Shown: positions 41,501 to 54,300 of the stretch, piece by piece
Position numbering within the stretch: the stretch's first letter is position 1
Layout of the letters: each line of letters starts with the position of its first letter
Assembly (NCBI RefSeq): GCF_033153115.1
Contig: NW_026889786.1
Location: 2,480,001 to 2,544,000 of the forward strand
Origin: Saccostrea echinata
Taxonomy: Eukaryota
DNA length: 64,000 nucleotides
Direction of reading: 5' to 3'
Translations under genes and position numbers: made by a program
The notes under the pieces: generated by a model
Seen by the model: only the letters and a program-made list of their open reading frames with translations
Told to the model about the DNA's origin: nothing
The model's database searches: none

Positions 41501-43859
41501 TGTCTATACTTGCATTTATATCATTAAACAACCATCAACATTTGTGTTAAGATATTGACATTAACAATTTATTCACTAATCGTACAACTTCTCTTCATAG
41601 AGTTGACCTTATGACTTTTGTTGTAAGATACTATTTTAATCTCTGACCATTAATAACTGCTACTTATTTTAATATGAATTATTGGTGGCCTTATCACTTT
41701 ATATGCTTTCAAATGGACAAAATTTCTTTACAATGGAAATGAAAAAGACAAGACTGCCTCACAATATAAATTTTTCATTGTTATACTTTAAGCAGTAAGA
41801 TTTACTTTATTTATATAAAAAATATAGATTATAGACTAAGATTATAGTCCTAGTATTAGTGCCCTTTACAACTCATCAATACTTTACTAAGTTTGGGTAA
41901 ATTATATTCTAATTAAACATAAATATTACATGACGACAGTAAATATACCTGTTGCTCCCTTGTAGACTGTACGTTATTGTCGAATAAATCCCAGAATCAG
42001 CATCTATTGCCTGTAAGATAGAAAAGTCAGTTTAGGGTAAAACTTCTCTTCAAATGCAATGACATTTTTTGTCAACAAAATCTTCTATAAAGCATGTATT
42101 CACTTACTTTTATCACCTGACTTGGATGTGTTCTTATTCAGAACATTTTTGAAAAACTGCAGTAGATACTTTTCTTATATAATGACAATAATATTACATT
42201 TATAATAATGAAGTGGATCGCAGCAGTAACATTATATTTGTATACATATTTTGTTTATGTCTTACTTCTATCTTTAAATTTGTGACCGTTGTGTTGAAAC
42301 AGCTGTTCTCAAGAAGAAAGAAATTTTCCTCTGTGTTGTTAAAAATAGGATCGTTGTCGTTAATGTCGTTGATTGTAACGTGTACGGAACAGAGGTTGGA
42401 CATGGTTCGATTTCTCTTGTCTGTCGCCTTTATATAAATTACGAATAAAAGTCAACATTTTGTAGATAACCAAATCTGAAAAATTAAAAATTAGAATTAA
42501 GGTGCAATCAGAATTCATTGTTCTTTAAATATTGCATAGTTTTCAAACATTCTGTCTTTTTTATTATATATATTTAAACTCAAATTGTTTTGATGTTGAT
42601 GCTGCTTTAATGTTTGTGTTTAACTCAATGTTTCAATTAAACTGATTTGAACAGACAAATAATAATATATTTCAACACAATTATATTCACTTGCTTTCCA
42701 GTTTAAGAAGGGTGGATTATTTCCTTTATGTCATATTTTATTTAGTCTAATAAAATTCTGCAATATAACTATTTTATTGGATTATAATACCTTTCAAACG
42801 ATTTCATATCCGTTATAATACTTACTATTAGATCAATAGCTGTGACATTCTCATAATCAAACATGAAGTTATTTCCCAACCTCAGCAGAAAGGTCCCTTT
42901 AGAATACACTTCTTTGGGTGAAGCCTCGATTCCATCAAATTTCTTATCACTATCGTTCCTCTATACCTCAAGTAGGATATCATTGTTTCCAACCTGCGAT
43001 TTTCAAAACAGACCAAACGTTAAATTTCACATTTAAGAGGCACTTTCATGTTTTCGACATTAAATATACGATAATTAGATAATTGTAAGATAAGCATTAA
43101 CACAACCCAGTTTAATATTCCCATGTAAAGTTAAATTCATAGGTACAAAAAGCACAGTTGTATTTTTCACAATTCTCTCTACTCAGTTGAAATACCTTTC
43201 GGCCCAATAACATATTTTTCTTCTTCAAAAACATTTAATTTTTATTGAAATAACCACGTCTACTGCAATTTTGTTTGTTGCTCTAACCATCAAATAATAA
43301 TGTGTATCTTGTCCATGAAGCAGTCAGTACAGAGTCAAAAGAAAAGAAAAGCTTTCCTTATGAACACACAGACAAACGCTCAAAGGATCTGTCTTACTCG
43401 ATAAACAGTTAAAAGCACAAAAGAGATTTCCCAATCAAAACACCGCCAAAAGCCAAGGGGACTTTTCCTCATCAACTTTTTCTCGTCGTTTGTCGGATTC
43501 AGATTTCTGATATTTAAACTTTTCTCTCAAAAACAATGCAATTTGAAGGTACAAACGTTATGACTTGTTTATGTGGTTATATACCCTTATCACCTACAAA
43601 TTGGGTTTATGTCTCCCAGATAATTCAACACGCAAGATCTTCTTCTTCGTACAAACAATTTAATAAAATAATTTAATAAAACTAGACAAACTACTGACAT
43701 ATAAGTTGATGATTCAAGGGCAGCTAAAATCTCTTTAAAAGTCATTTTGCACATTCGATGGTTGATAGAACCTTGTTTGCAAATACAATATGTCGTTAGG
43801 TCGAATGCTGACTGGCATCTTTTATAAAAAAATAATTAGGACATTATTTCATATTGAAT

Positions 43860-43985
43860 TACTATGACTTTCTCCGTTTACCCGAACATGATAAGGGGGG
43901 CATGGCGGCTGTGACCGGTCGATAGGGGATGCTTACTACTCCATGTCACCTTATCCCACCCTTATGTTTTTAGAGGTCCATGATT
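43860..43985 (+). mobile_element. 3' tail remnant of a Penelope-like element
   Basis: GGCGGCTGTGACCGGTCGATAGGGGATGCTTACTACTCCATGTCACCTTATCCCACC is homologous to the tail at 60930-60850; another copy lies at ~47190-47320. Confidence 0.65.
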
Positions 43986-44418
43986 ACTCCCGGGACTGAA
44001 ATTCTCGAACTAGACGTAAAACAACATACAATCAATAAATCAACCATATAAAACCCAAACATGATTTCCTTCAATCATTGTCTTGTGAAGAGTTTTTGAA
44101 GTATACATGTACTTAATTTGCATTCATATTACATTGAACAGAGTTAAAATCTTATAAAACATTTTATAATACATTTTTTCATGACGACAGACATATCTCA
44201 TAATTCTCAAATAATGTATTACATGAACGTCTTGCATGTAATCAATATATAAGTTCAAAATATTCAAATGTTTTTCCAATAACTGAGTAACTGTGAACGG
44301 AAGTTTCTTTTTTTCTTGAAATTTTATCCAACAAAAGAATTTGTAGATAATGATCTACATGTACTACTTTTCAAATATTTTCATAACACCTAACGCACAG
44401 TTTTTACCCCTCACTATT

Positions 44419-44667
44419 CAGGCTTGTAGCAACGGTTTCAAAAATAAAAAAACTTCCCCCAAAAATCTGACAAGCAAAATTGAAAAAAAAACAACAAACT
44501 ATAACAAACAATAATCTATTGTCAAAATCCTGGAATTTGCCAGTGCTCGACCTTACAACATCAAAAAGTGGGGGGCCAACAGCATCTAAAGGAAAATTCA
44601 ATATAGCAAAATACTTATACTCCGAAAAAAGTTGGTGGCCCATCGGCCCCCGGGTTTTACGGGCCTG
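44419..44667. mobile_element. Short TIR element with 5-bp TSD
   Basis: CTATT|CAGGCTTGTA ... TACGGGCCTG|CTATT. Confidence 0.65.
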
Positions 44668-46578
44668 CTATTTCATGAAATATTCCTTTTTCAAGTAGAA
44701 TTTATTTCACATTTATCAAGAAAAGACATATGTATGGAAGAAAATTATCTTTCTATATTACTTCGTCAATATCTCTGACATAAATCTCTTACCCAGAGAT
44801 TGTTATGGGTATGCCCGTCATGTTTTCCTTCACAGAGCCATAGTAAATGCTCTTCTTAAATACTGGTGGATTGTCGTTCACGTCTTCTATGGTGATAGTA
44901 AATGGTTTGACTGTTTCTGTCACATTACTTGGTTTATCCGTAACCTCTGAAGCCTAGAACAAAAGTATTTTAAAAACAACAAAAATGGGTAATTTTATTC
45001 TGTTGATAATATCAGGGCCTTTACCGGTTAGATATAATATTATACTGTTCTATACTCACTTTAACACTCACTGTACAGACTCCCTGTAACTCTTCTATAA
45101 TCACACTGTCCCTGTCCACTGTTTTATGTATGGTAATTTCACCAGTTTTTTGGATCCACGGCAAGAAATTCTGTGCAATTATTTGTTGCTGGATTCTCTG
45201 CACATGATTTAATTTGTTTTTTTTATTAAAATAAATGCTGAATAACTAGTCATTAAATTAAACTTGGTACCAAATTCGACAATTTTATACGATTATCATA
45301 TATTGAAGAATGGTACAGTACCCAATGAAAAACTGTATGTTATATTGTTTGGTATACCAGTATCACCATCAACAGCCAAAACTGAGAAAATACTTTCCCC
45401 CTTGAAAATAGAAAATAAGAATTTTTTTTAAATTATTTTTTAAGTGTCAAGCTTCAAGTCATTGAGTTTTCCCCCCTCTAATTAAACACTACCTCAAATT
45501 TTATATTATAAAACATATCTGCCCCAAAATGACATTAGAAAAATTTGATTTCATTAATGAAAATAACTTTTAAATAATAGGATGATTTAAAAAATACTTT
45601 GGATGCACAGGCCGAAGTCATTCCACCCTGATGGTGTTAAAAACTTAATGACTTCAACAGGATGAACATGAGTTAGGCCGGTTATGACAATCAAGACTAT
45701 TCTCTCCATATAGTTGTTACTACCCAATAAATTCATATTATTATTTTTAATGACACCTTTTTAAAACTATCATTTTCCATTTACTGTTATTACAATCTTT
45801 TTTTAACGAAACTATTATTTGTCTAAAGTTTTGAATTAAAATTTCACATTTAATGGACTCTGAAATTATATTATAAATTTTAAGTCTTCTTCTAGTTCTG
45901 TTCTACGTGTACATTATCCTTCATTGCAGCCCGGAGGACCGGGCTGCTCTATACATATAAGTTTAAGTGTTGGTATATGGGGATTGAGGTGGGAGAAGTT
46001 ATTCAGAATTAAAGGTTTTCTAAACATTAAAAAGATTGTTAATCAGAATGTTCTTTCCCTTTATAAATTACGAGATACACAATATATTTACTTCCATAAA
46101 GTGAATCTGTAAAAATATATATGTTTTTCATATTTAATATATAAAGTTGCTTATCATTTACTATCGGAAAAACGACAGGTCCCTTTTTTTAGAACATCGA
46201 ATTTTACTTATCGCATAAAAACGTAAAAATGTACTTTACACAGTTCGTGTTTTATATTCTTAAAGTGAAAGATATTTTTGAAAATAGGTGATGCATGTGT
46301 CTGGTTTCAAATTATATTTTATGCAGCCAACATTTACTTGAGGAATTGATAAAGTTTAAAAGGGTATCGTTTTTGTTCGATTTTCATCCGACTATAAGTT
46401 TTCAAAATATTCTCGACTATCCTCTCCATCATTTAGACGCATGCCTTTTTCACACATATCGAAGCGGTTTGATGATAAAGACTCATTTCCATTGTTTACT
46501 TTATTTATTTCCCGGGCGACAATTGATGGTTACATCAATGTTTTCTTGTTATTATTTGATTCAAGATTATTATGTAAT

Positions 46579-46676
46579 AGTACTATGTGGGAAAGAATAC
46601 AACGTAGTACGATTTAACACTTTGGAGTACTATGTGGGAAAGAATACAACGTAGTACGATTTAACACTTTGGAGTA
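46579..46676. repeat. Perfect 47-bp tandem duplication
   Basis: AGTACTATGTGGGAAAGAATACAACGTAGTACGATTTAACACTTTGG x2. Confidence 0.95.
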
Positions 46677-48316
46677 ATTAATAAGCGATAATTAATGCGG
46701 TCGTTTATGTAAATCACACATCGCCACAGAACACCAGACTGACCGGATGTGCCTCGAGGATGACTTGCAAAATGAAATATCATTCCCGAATTCACTTTCG
46801 ATGATGTAGGATTTTTTTTAGGAATGTTTGCTTTTTAGCATATATAGTGATAAAGTGCTGAAAAAGCTTTAAAATATCATTGTACTTCAAAGCATCGATT
46901 CATAAAAGAGAATCAAAGCCTTATAAAAACTTTATACTGTACAAAGTTCAATATACGGATAGTCTTTCTTTTGGATTTTAACCGATACATCATGTTCGTA
47001 TCGAGGAAAGAACCTCACACGAATACTAGTATTTCGAGGTTCTGATAAGCACAGATACCCATAACTACATTCATAGTAAATTGTACCGGGGTTGTAGACA
47101 GGGAATGATTAATTTAAACAATATTTTATTATGTAAAATCATAAAAGGATTGGACAGCAGGCCCTGCCTATATAAGCCCTCTCCATAATGGATGATTACT
47201 CCTCCATGGCACCCGATCCCACCTCTGATGTTTTTAGAGGTTCGTGTTTTCTCTGCTCCAAATTTGTGTTGTATCAGTAGACTTTTGAGATTGATTACTG
47301 TTCGTTATCATATTTCATTGTCAAACCTGAAGTACATACCATTCAGAACACTTTCTTTGATTTCCTGTGTATTACTGCCTGTCTCTGTTTGGATTATCGG
47401 AGGAAAATTAGAAGCGAACGTATTACCTAAAAATAGGGAGAGCCAGATCATACCAATTAACATAATCCATGTAAATGATAATTCATATTCTTGCAAATTT
47501 TGTTATATATGTACATGTGTATCTATAAACTACATGGTGTATAGGTAGTTTTCGATAGACGCTATTTTAAGAGTTTTTTTCCGTTGACCGCCATATTGGA
47601 GGTCATCATGCCCAGTTTCCTTTATTATTCAACCAATTTAAAATTGCCATACTTGATATTCAGGTGAAGATAACGCTATTTTTTTCCTGACAAATATACG
47701 TTTGGTAAAGCTTCCTTTAATTCAGTAATTTAGAATTGTAAAGATTTTTTCCTTTATATTTCTGCCATACATGCTTAAAAATCAGTTGCTCAAAGAGGAA
47801 AATGCACCGGTTTGACCTTCCAGATGGCGACCAAAGAGAAAATACGTCATGCCAAAACTTTCTATTGAAAAGAAATAAATCAATTATATTTTTTGCATAT
47901 TCATAAACTGATATAGTAACTAGCTAGTATTTGGTGCATTGTGCATAGCATCATTTATTATTTTTAAATTGTTATCATGTAAAGATGAAAACATTCAGCA
48001 AATACTGCACAATAATAAAAGAGCTGCAAAATTTCCCATTCTCGCCATACTGTAACAAGCAGGATCATGGAATCCACCAAAAGACTGTACGAAATAAATT
48101 TAAGACTCGTCAAAAGGAACTTTTTATGAGATCAAAAATGACGTGGCATTTTCAGAGTAAAAAAAAATAAGAAATAAGATTATACTTGCATCTGTATTTG
48201 GATAGATGGAATGAGTTCCCAATTAACCCTAACAAAAGTAATTTATCTGTATTAAACTATCACGGGAATCCAGTGATAAGACTATGATGTTTAATGTGAG
48301 GCTGAGGGTCATCCTA

Positions 48317-49857
48317 CACTGTAAAAAATGTGTTTACAATTCAAACACTTTTCTAAACACTTTGTTGTCACCTCCTTTTTTATATGTTTAATTCCTAAAC
48401 ATGTAAAATTTCTAAACATATCTCAGAAAGTGTTTAGAATTTAAACACTTTTGTGCTTAGAAATTAAACATATCTAAACACATAAACACAAGTGTTAAAA
48501 TTCTAAACACATAACAGCAGAAGTGTTTAATATCTAAACACATAAGTATAATTTGTACCTGCAGAAAAACAAAACACTCAAATTTAGGCACAAAAAATAT
48601 ATGTTTTTTCAATGCGAATAATTGTCAAAATTTTCAAAAATATGTAACGATATTAATAATTTTCAATAAAGCCACTGAACGTTGGGATTTGTATTTAATT
48701 ATTCAATACAATGGACACTGTGCAATGTACTTAATTTACACAAATAATGTAGGAGATGGAACTGAATAGATTTGATTAGTCTCAACAATTCAATCAGAAT
48801 GACACATAATTTATAATGTACACATGGATAACAAATTTTTAATCTTCAAAATTATTAAGAAAAAAATATTAAGCTGACAATTTAATGTCAAAACTTCATT
48901 GAATATATCTAAAAGCCTTTATTAAAGAATTTTTAAATTAAAAATACAAAATGTATATTTATATATATATTTATTATAATAATTATAATTTGAATCGGCT
49001 GCAGAGTTTTCCTCATGTCAATCACAAAAATATCAAATTTTATTAACTTTCAGCAAGTCCCAAAGCACCACATAATATAATCTATATATCCCATCAATAA
49101 CTACCAGAAAGTAACCCAATTCGAATGCACGAGGATAATTGTAAACATTGTCGAATTAACTCAGTAATCTTCACAAAATGAAGTTTCAAAGTGTTGATTA
49201 TGGAACAACAAAATTGCACTTGGAGATGACACCAGGTACTCTGATACGTGTATTTTGAGTTCGATCTGGACTACAGTACCTGTAGGAAAGAAAGCCAGAT
49301 TGTAGTAAAAGTACAATGCCACTGATATTTTATATTAGTTAAAAAAAAATTGTTCAAGTTTTATTGAAACTATACTGATATAAATATAGATGTTTTTAAT
49401 GACATTTAATATTATTTCCTCTCCTGTAAGTCTATGAACGAGTTCAAGATATCCCAAGTCAACTTTATTTACGTTGCTCATCGTGGTTAATTAATGCAAA
49501 GAAAAAGAAAACAAACCTTTAATGTATTGCAGTAATAAGATGCCCTTTCACGTATTTCATTATTTCGCCATGGTTATCCCTTGAATTGGGTTGTCATAAC
49601 TCACATTGGTACATCACCTTATAGCTTGTTGTGTTTTCTTTGTTTAGATAGCCGCTCAAATTAACGTTCAAATATATGTGTGTCATTTCCGGGAAGATAA
49701 CTCTGCACTTTACAGTAAAACATGTTTAATTTCTAAACGCATTTAGATATAAAACATGTTAAGACATAAGTGTTTAGTTGTTAAATACAATACTATACAC
49801 GTTTAGATCTAAACATGTAATAGAAGTGTTTATTTCCTAAACACAATTTTTACAGTG
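48317..49857. mobile_element. CACTA/EnSpm-like non-autonomous element upstream of copy A
   Basis: TA|CACTGTAAAAA ... TTTTTACAGTG|TA, with many subterminal TAAACAC/GTGTTTA repeats at both ends. Confidence 0.8.
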
Positions 49858-51065
49858 TACAAATGCATAATACAATCAAGCCTACCTTACAAATTGAAAT
49901 GATAAAATTAATGCAAGATTTGTGAAATGTATCCCAACAGAATTGAGCCATGTCTTACCTTTTAACACTAGAGACATGGGCTGATAAGGATATTGAACTA
50001 GTCATGAGGTGCATTTTGTCATGTGTTGAGTCAAAGGAAGAAAAGTTAAAGACATGTCCTATGTCTGAAGTTAATAAAAAAAAAAACAAAAAACAGTTGC
50101 TCAAGGAAAGAAAAATATTGATTGCTTTCATATATCGCCTTACCTGAAACATGAAAATATTACATATTTCAATTAAGTAAAAGATAATGTTAATTTTAAT
50201 TGATTTTTACCTGTCGTTATTTCCGATACATGTATATGTGATATCTCTATCTCTTTTTAGAATTATTGCTCCTTTAAATGAAAAATGAAAATGAAAATTA
50301 CTTTTTATTTTTGAATGATGCATTCATATAATGTCATATCTGTTAGACTTTTTACGACAAAGGTAGATTTTGTCACCCTTATTCGGAAATACTATTAAAT
50401 AGATTGTTCGTATTCTTTAATATCATAAGTTTCATAAAAACACCTTTAACATAGATAAATATTAATTCTTAAACCTTATAAATTTCTTAATACAATATAA
50501 AACTTGATTTTCTGCTGGTTCATAAACCTATATCTGAATTTTTACATCATACAAAAATTAATAAAAAGTATGTTATGGTACACATTTTCATATCTGACAA
50601 CTTATTTTATAAAAGCACCCCTTATAAAAATTAATTTTACTATACCTAGTTGACATAACAATACGTGTAAGGTCGACTGTTAAAAATGTTAATTTACTCT
50701 CCTCGGCTGGGCAACGTGGTGTTTATCTATTTATTAAAACAAAAACCACCCAGTCTGACAAAAACGTCACTAATCAGCAATTTTATGGACAACCCTATTA
50801 TGCGTGATTCAAATCATCAGAGTTGATGCAACCAATGCATTACATGGTATGCTTTCAATCTAAATGAAGTACCTTGCACTTTATTTAAAACTGAAAGCTT
50901 GTGATGCACATTAAATTGTTGCCATATAGTTACAAAGTCAATACTTTAATATTCTTTGTATAGTCAATACTAAAAGGAAGTAAAGAATAGACACACCAAG
51001 GATGAAATTTTATTGCAATATTTGAAAAAGAGTCCTTTTCATTTTGAATGGTTTCCATAGAGAGA

Positions 51066-51376
51066 TTATCCAAATATGCCAAGTATATCGGATCGGTCGA
51101 CACAATGAAAAGAAACCTCCAAATATTTGTCGACACCGACACATGGTTCCCCAAAAATGCTGCTATCAGCAGACAATCTACAGCGTCTGTAACCGTTACA
51201 GGACCACTTAGCACGGTCTGTGGATGAGTGTGACTGACATCTAAGAGAACCAAGGTTACTTGAAGGACAAATGTCATTAGTGGTTCTTCCATATACGGCA
51301 GAGATAATTCGGATTAGCTTCCCTACTTCACACTGAATGTAACCCGCTTGTCCTTCACACAACACAAATGATTGTC
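51066..51376 (-). CDS. SUEL / Gal_Lectin (rhamnose-binding lectin) terminal exon of copy B
   Basis: LCEG...C...IRIISAVYGRT...ICP...C...CNG...C...SIFGEPCVGVDKYLEVSFHC: 8 Cys plus YGR, (D/E)PC and KYL motifs. Confidence 0.93.
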
Positions 51377-54300
51377 CTATAAAGACATGTTTTAGATCTG
51401 TTGATATCTTACATTTACATATATTTAAGGTTAATCATGTTTGTATTGTGAAAGGTAATTCTGGTAAACAGTGTACTTGATTGTAAAAAACATTCAAAAA
51501 TTCAAGAAAAAAAAAATAGAACAACAAAGAAATATAATCTACCTGAATAAGTGTCCCCGTGTTGTGCAGGCTTCACCGATGTCGTTGAACTTGAGTTTTT
51601 GTAGTTGCACGATGTGGCGGAATGAAGGTGTGCCTATTTAATCAAAACTACCCGTCTGGTTACAACGTTCAAACAATATCTTTGAAAATATGAGGACATT
51701 TTTTTTTTACAAGTATATGTTGCAACAATCTACATTCTTTGCTTTTATCAAAATTTACAGTTTCATTGGAACACTTATTTCATTCATTTATTACTTTTCT
51801 AGATATAAGATCCTAAATTGCTAAATTAAAGACTTACACATGCATGTATAAACACAAGACAGGTATTTTTAAAAATGTTCACTGCCTATCTCTAATATAA
51901 ACCATGTTCCAGTTCTGGGGAATTTTCATTTTTAACAACCATTCTTGCAGCTTCAGATGGATATTTCTTGTGATCGTTTTATTTTCGAATAAGTAATTAC
52001 CTTTCAACCTTTCAACTGTGCATGTATTAATGTTGACTGCATTTTATAAGTCAGAGTAATTACGCAGAAAAAGAATATGTAAACATTTGAACATTGTTTC
52101 TTAAAAATGCATCTTGAAAGTATGGAACTTTGAACCTGTAAAAAAGCTGTCACAGACACAGTTGAGGCCAGACTTGGAGAACCATGGTCATGTGCAGTAA
52201 CCGCTAGTTCTAGCCTTCCATCAGGGATAGAGGAAAGCTGATTACGTGTCAGAGGGTTGACGATTCGGATAGATCCAGTAGTGCTGCTAATGGTGAAATG
52301 TTTATCTAAGGTGTCTAGTCGAGGAAGAAGGGTGTAGGTAATCAAACTGTTGGCTGTACGAGGTTCGTCATAATCAACTGCCTAAAATTATAAGAAATCA
52401 AAGCAAGTGAGCTTACTGTTTAGATTATCAGGTAACTACATATCTTCAAAGAAATATAATTATGGTTAAGTAGCAGAAAATATATAATTGCGTGTCATTG
52501 CTTCCAATATGGAAATCGATACTCAACTTCATCGTATAAAATTCCTGGATCCGCCTTTCTGCATTTTTGTTTGTAATATTTTAGCTTTTGAAGGGTTTAT
52601 TTAAGACGATATAGTTGACAATAACATCAGTAAGCAGTAGCAATAAACAGATCACAGTGGCATTCCTCCATAGCATGTTGCGAGACAAATGAAAAGAACA
52701 AACTTAAAGTACTCATTATGCTTGTTCTGGAATTTGAACCCTGAAATCTCTGTACATATTTCTTATTTACTCGGATCATTCACGGACAGAGAAACGCAAA
52801 GCAACTATACGTCGCCCCTGATGCGTAGTGGTTAGAGGGTTTCTATAGAATCGCTGAGTAAAAGGAGTCGACCCTTACGTCGCGGGTTCGAATCCCACTG
52901 TGGGACGTAAAGACCGGTCCTTCGGATGAGACCGTAAAAACCCAGATCTCGTGTCGCTGTAGGTGGTGGTACAAAAGAATCCCTCACTGTTCAAAAGTTC
53001 TGAGTGGCGAGTACAGGTCTAAATTTGCAGCACTCCACCGGCATTTGTGTCTCAATATGAATGAAAATTTCTCGAAGGGACGTTAAACAGACAAACATGA
53101 AAATGAAACTACACCTTCCTTTCTTGACTCTTTGCCAGAGATAAAAATGTATGGATAAAAAGAAAATAATTCATTGCTCGGTTGTCATAGCATTTTGAGT
53201 TGTAACAATCAACAGTTGCTTTTTCTAAGAAATCACCGTACTTATAGGAAAAAATCGACTGTCGATATACCAAAATTATTGATCATATGACCTACATGTA
53301 CAGTGAAGTTATTAATTCCTGATATTAATGAAGAATTTTCTGTGATCCCAAATTCATATTTTGGCTGCAAAAACATCGGACTGTTATCGTTTACATCCAT
53401 GAGTGTTATTTTCACAGGAGCAGACGACACCTTTCCTCCACCATCCCTTGCTTCAACCGACATATAGTAAACCCTTTGTCTTTCCCTGTCCAAGCAACTG
53501 CTGTTACATGCCACTGATATTACTCCAGTCTTAGAGTTGATGCTGAACCTAGAATTAACATAAAATTGTTCTCATGTTTAGTNNNNNNNNNNNNNNNNNN
53601 NNNNNNNNNNNNNNNNNNNNNNNNNNNNNNNNNNNNNNNNNNNNNNNNNNNNNNNNNNNNNNNNNNNNNNNNNNNNNNNNNNNNNNNNNNNNNNNNNNNN
53701 NNNNNNNNNNNNNNNNNNNNNNNNNNNNNNNNNNNNNNNNNNNNNNNNNNNNNNNNNNNNNNNNNNNNNNNNNNNNNNNNNNNNNNNNNNNNNNNNNNNN
53801 NNNNNNNNNNNNNNNNNNNNNNNNNNNNNNNNNNNNTGTTTCTGATAATATGTATTGAATTTTTCCGTAATTTCCAGTATCCATATCATTGGCCTAGAAA
53901 TAAAACAAGTTAATATCAAAGGTTTAAGTTAAAATACACGATAAATGAACGATTGCCTAGTTCTCTATAAATAAGATAAAGAAATATAAATGGCAATTAT
54001 TGTAAAGTTATTAATTCCTTTAGTACTCTTTTGAATTGTTAATGAAGTTAACATGTTTCAAATAAAGATTTTTTTTAGTATGGTAAATAAAACTATCAAA
54101 CGTACTTGAATTTAAATTTTCTTTAGGAAACACAATAACAAAAGAAAAACCTATCTGATTACCTGTACACTTGCTACTGGGGTTCCATATTTTGTGTTTT
54201 CTGGAATCGAGAAACTAAAAGCGCTTGCAACGAATTGTGGGTAAAATCTGTTTGTTTGATTAACGTATAACGTCACTTGACAAGAGCTAGACAGTTTGGG

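Larger units (their letters stand above)
35697..47463 (-). pseudogene. Disabled paralogous cadherin-SUEL lectin gene (copy A): signal exon, EC3 to partial EC8, lectin
   Basis: Exons 47463-47340 (MLIGMIWLSLFLGNTFA-SNFPP), 45400-45322, 45197-45060 (+1 A frameshift), 44953-44762 (TAA 44789-91), 42993-42826 (TAG 42961-63), 42433-42266 (acceptor AT), 42010-41949, 40056-39762 (TAA 39915-17), 39426-39181, 39058-38989, 38778-38339, 38151-38013, 36006-35697 (1-nt deletion). Exon borders and phases mirror copy B. Confidence 0.85.

Noticed and set aside
39915-44791. Programmed readthrough or selenocysteine recoding of copy A stops
   Set aside because: The stops are TAA/TAG rather than TGA and co-occur with frameshifts and a dead acceptor
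46579-46676. 47-bp direct repeat as CRISPR or att site
   Set aside because: Two adjacent perfect copies only, so a simple tandem duplication
49955-50152. ORF with a signal-peptide-like Phe/Leu run
   Set aside because: The hydrophobic run is the translation of a poly-T tract before an acceptor-like site
52812-52905. tRNA gene (possibly intron-containing)
   Set aside because: No clean cloverleaf, and it is followed by a SINE core and tail
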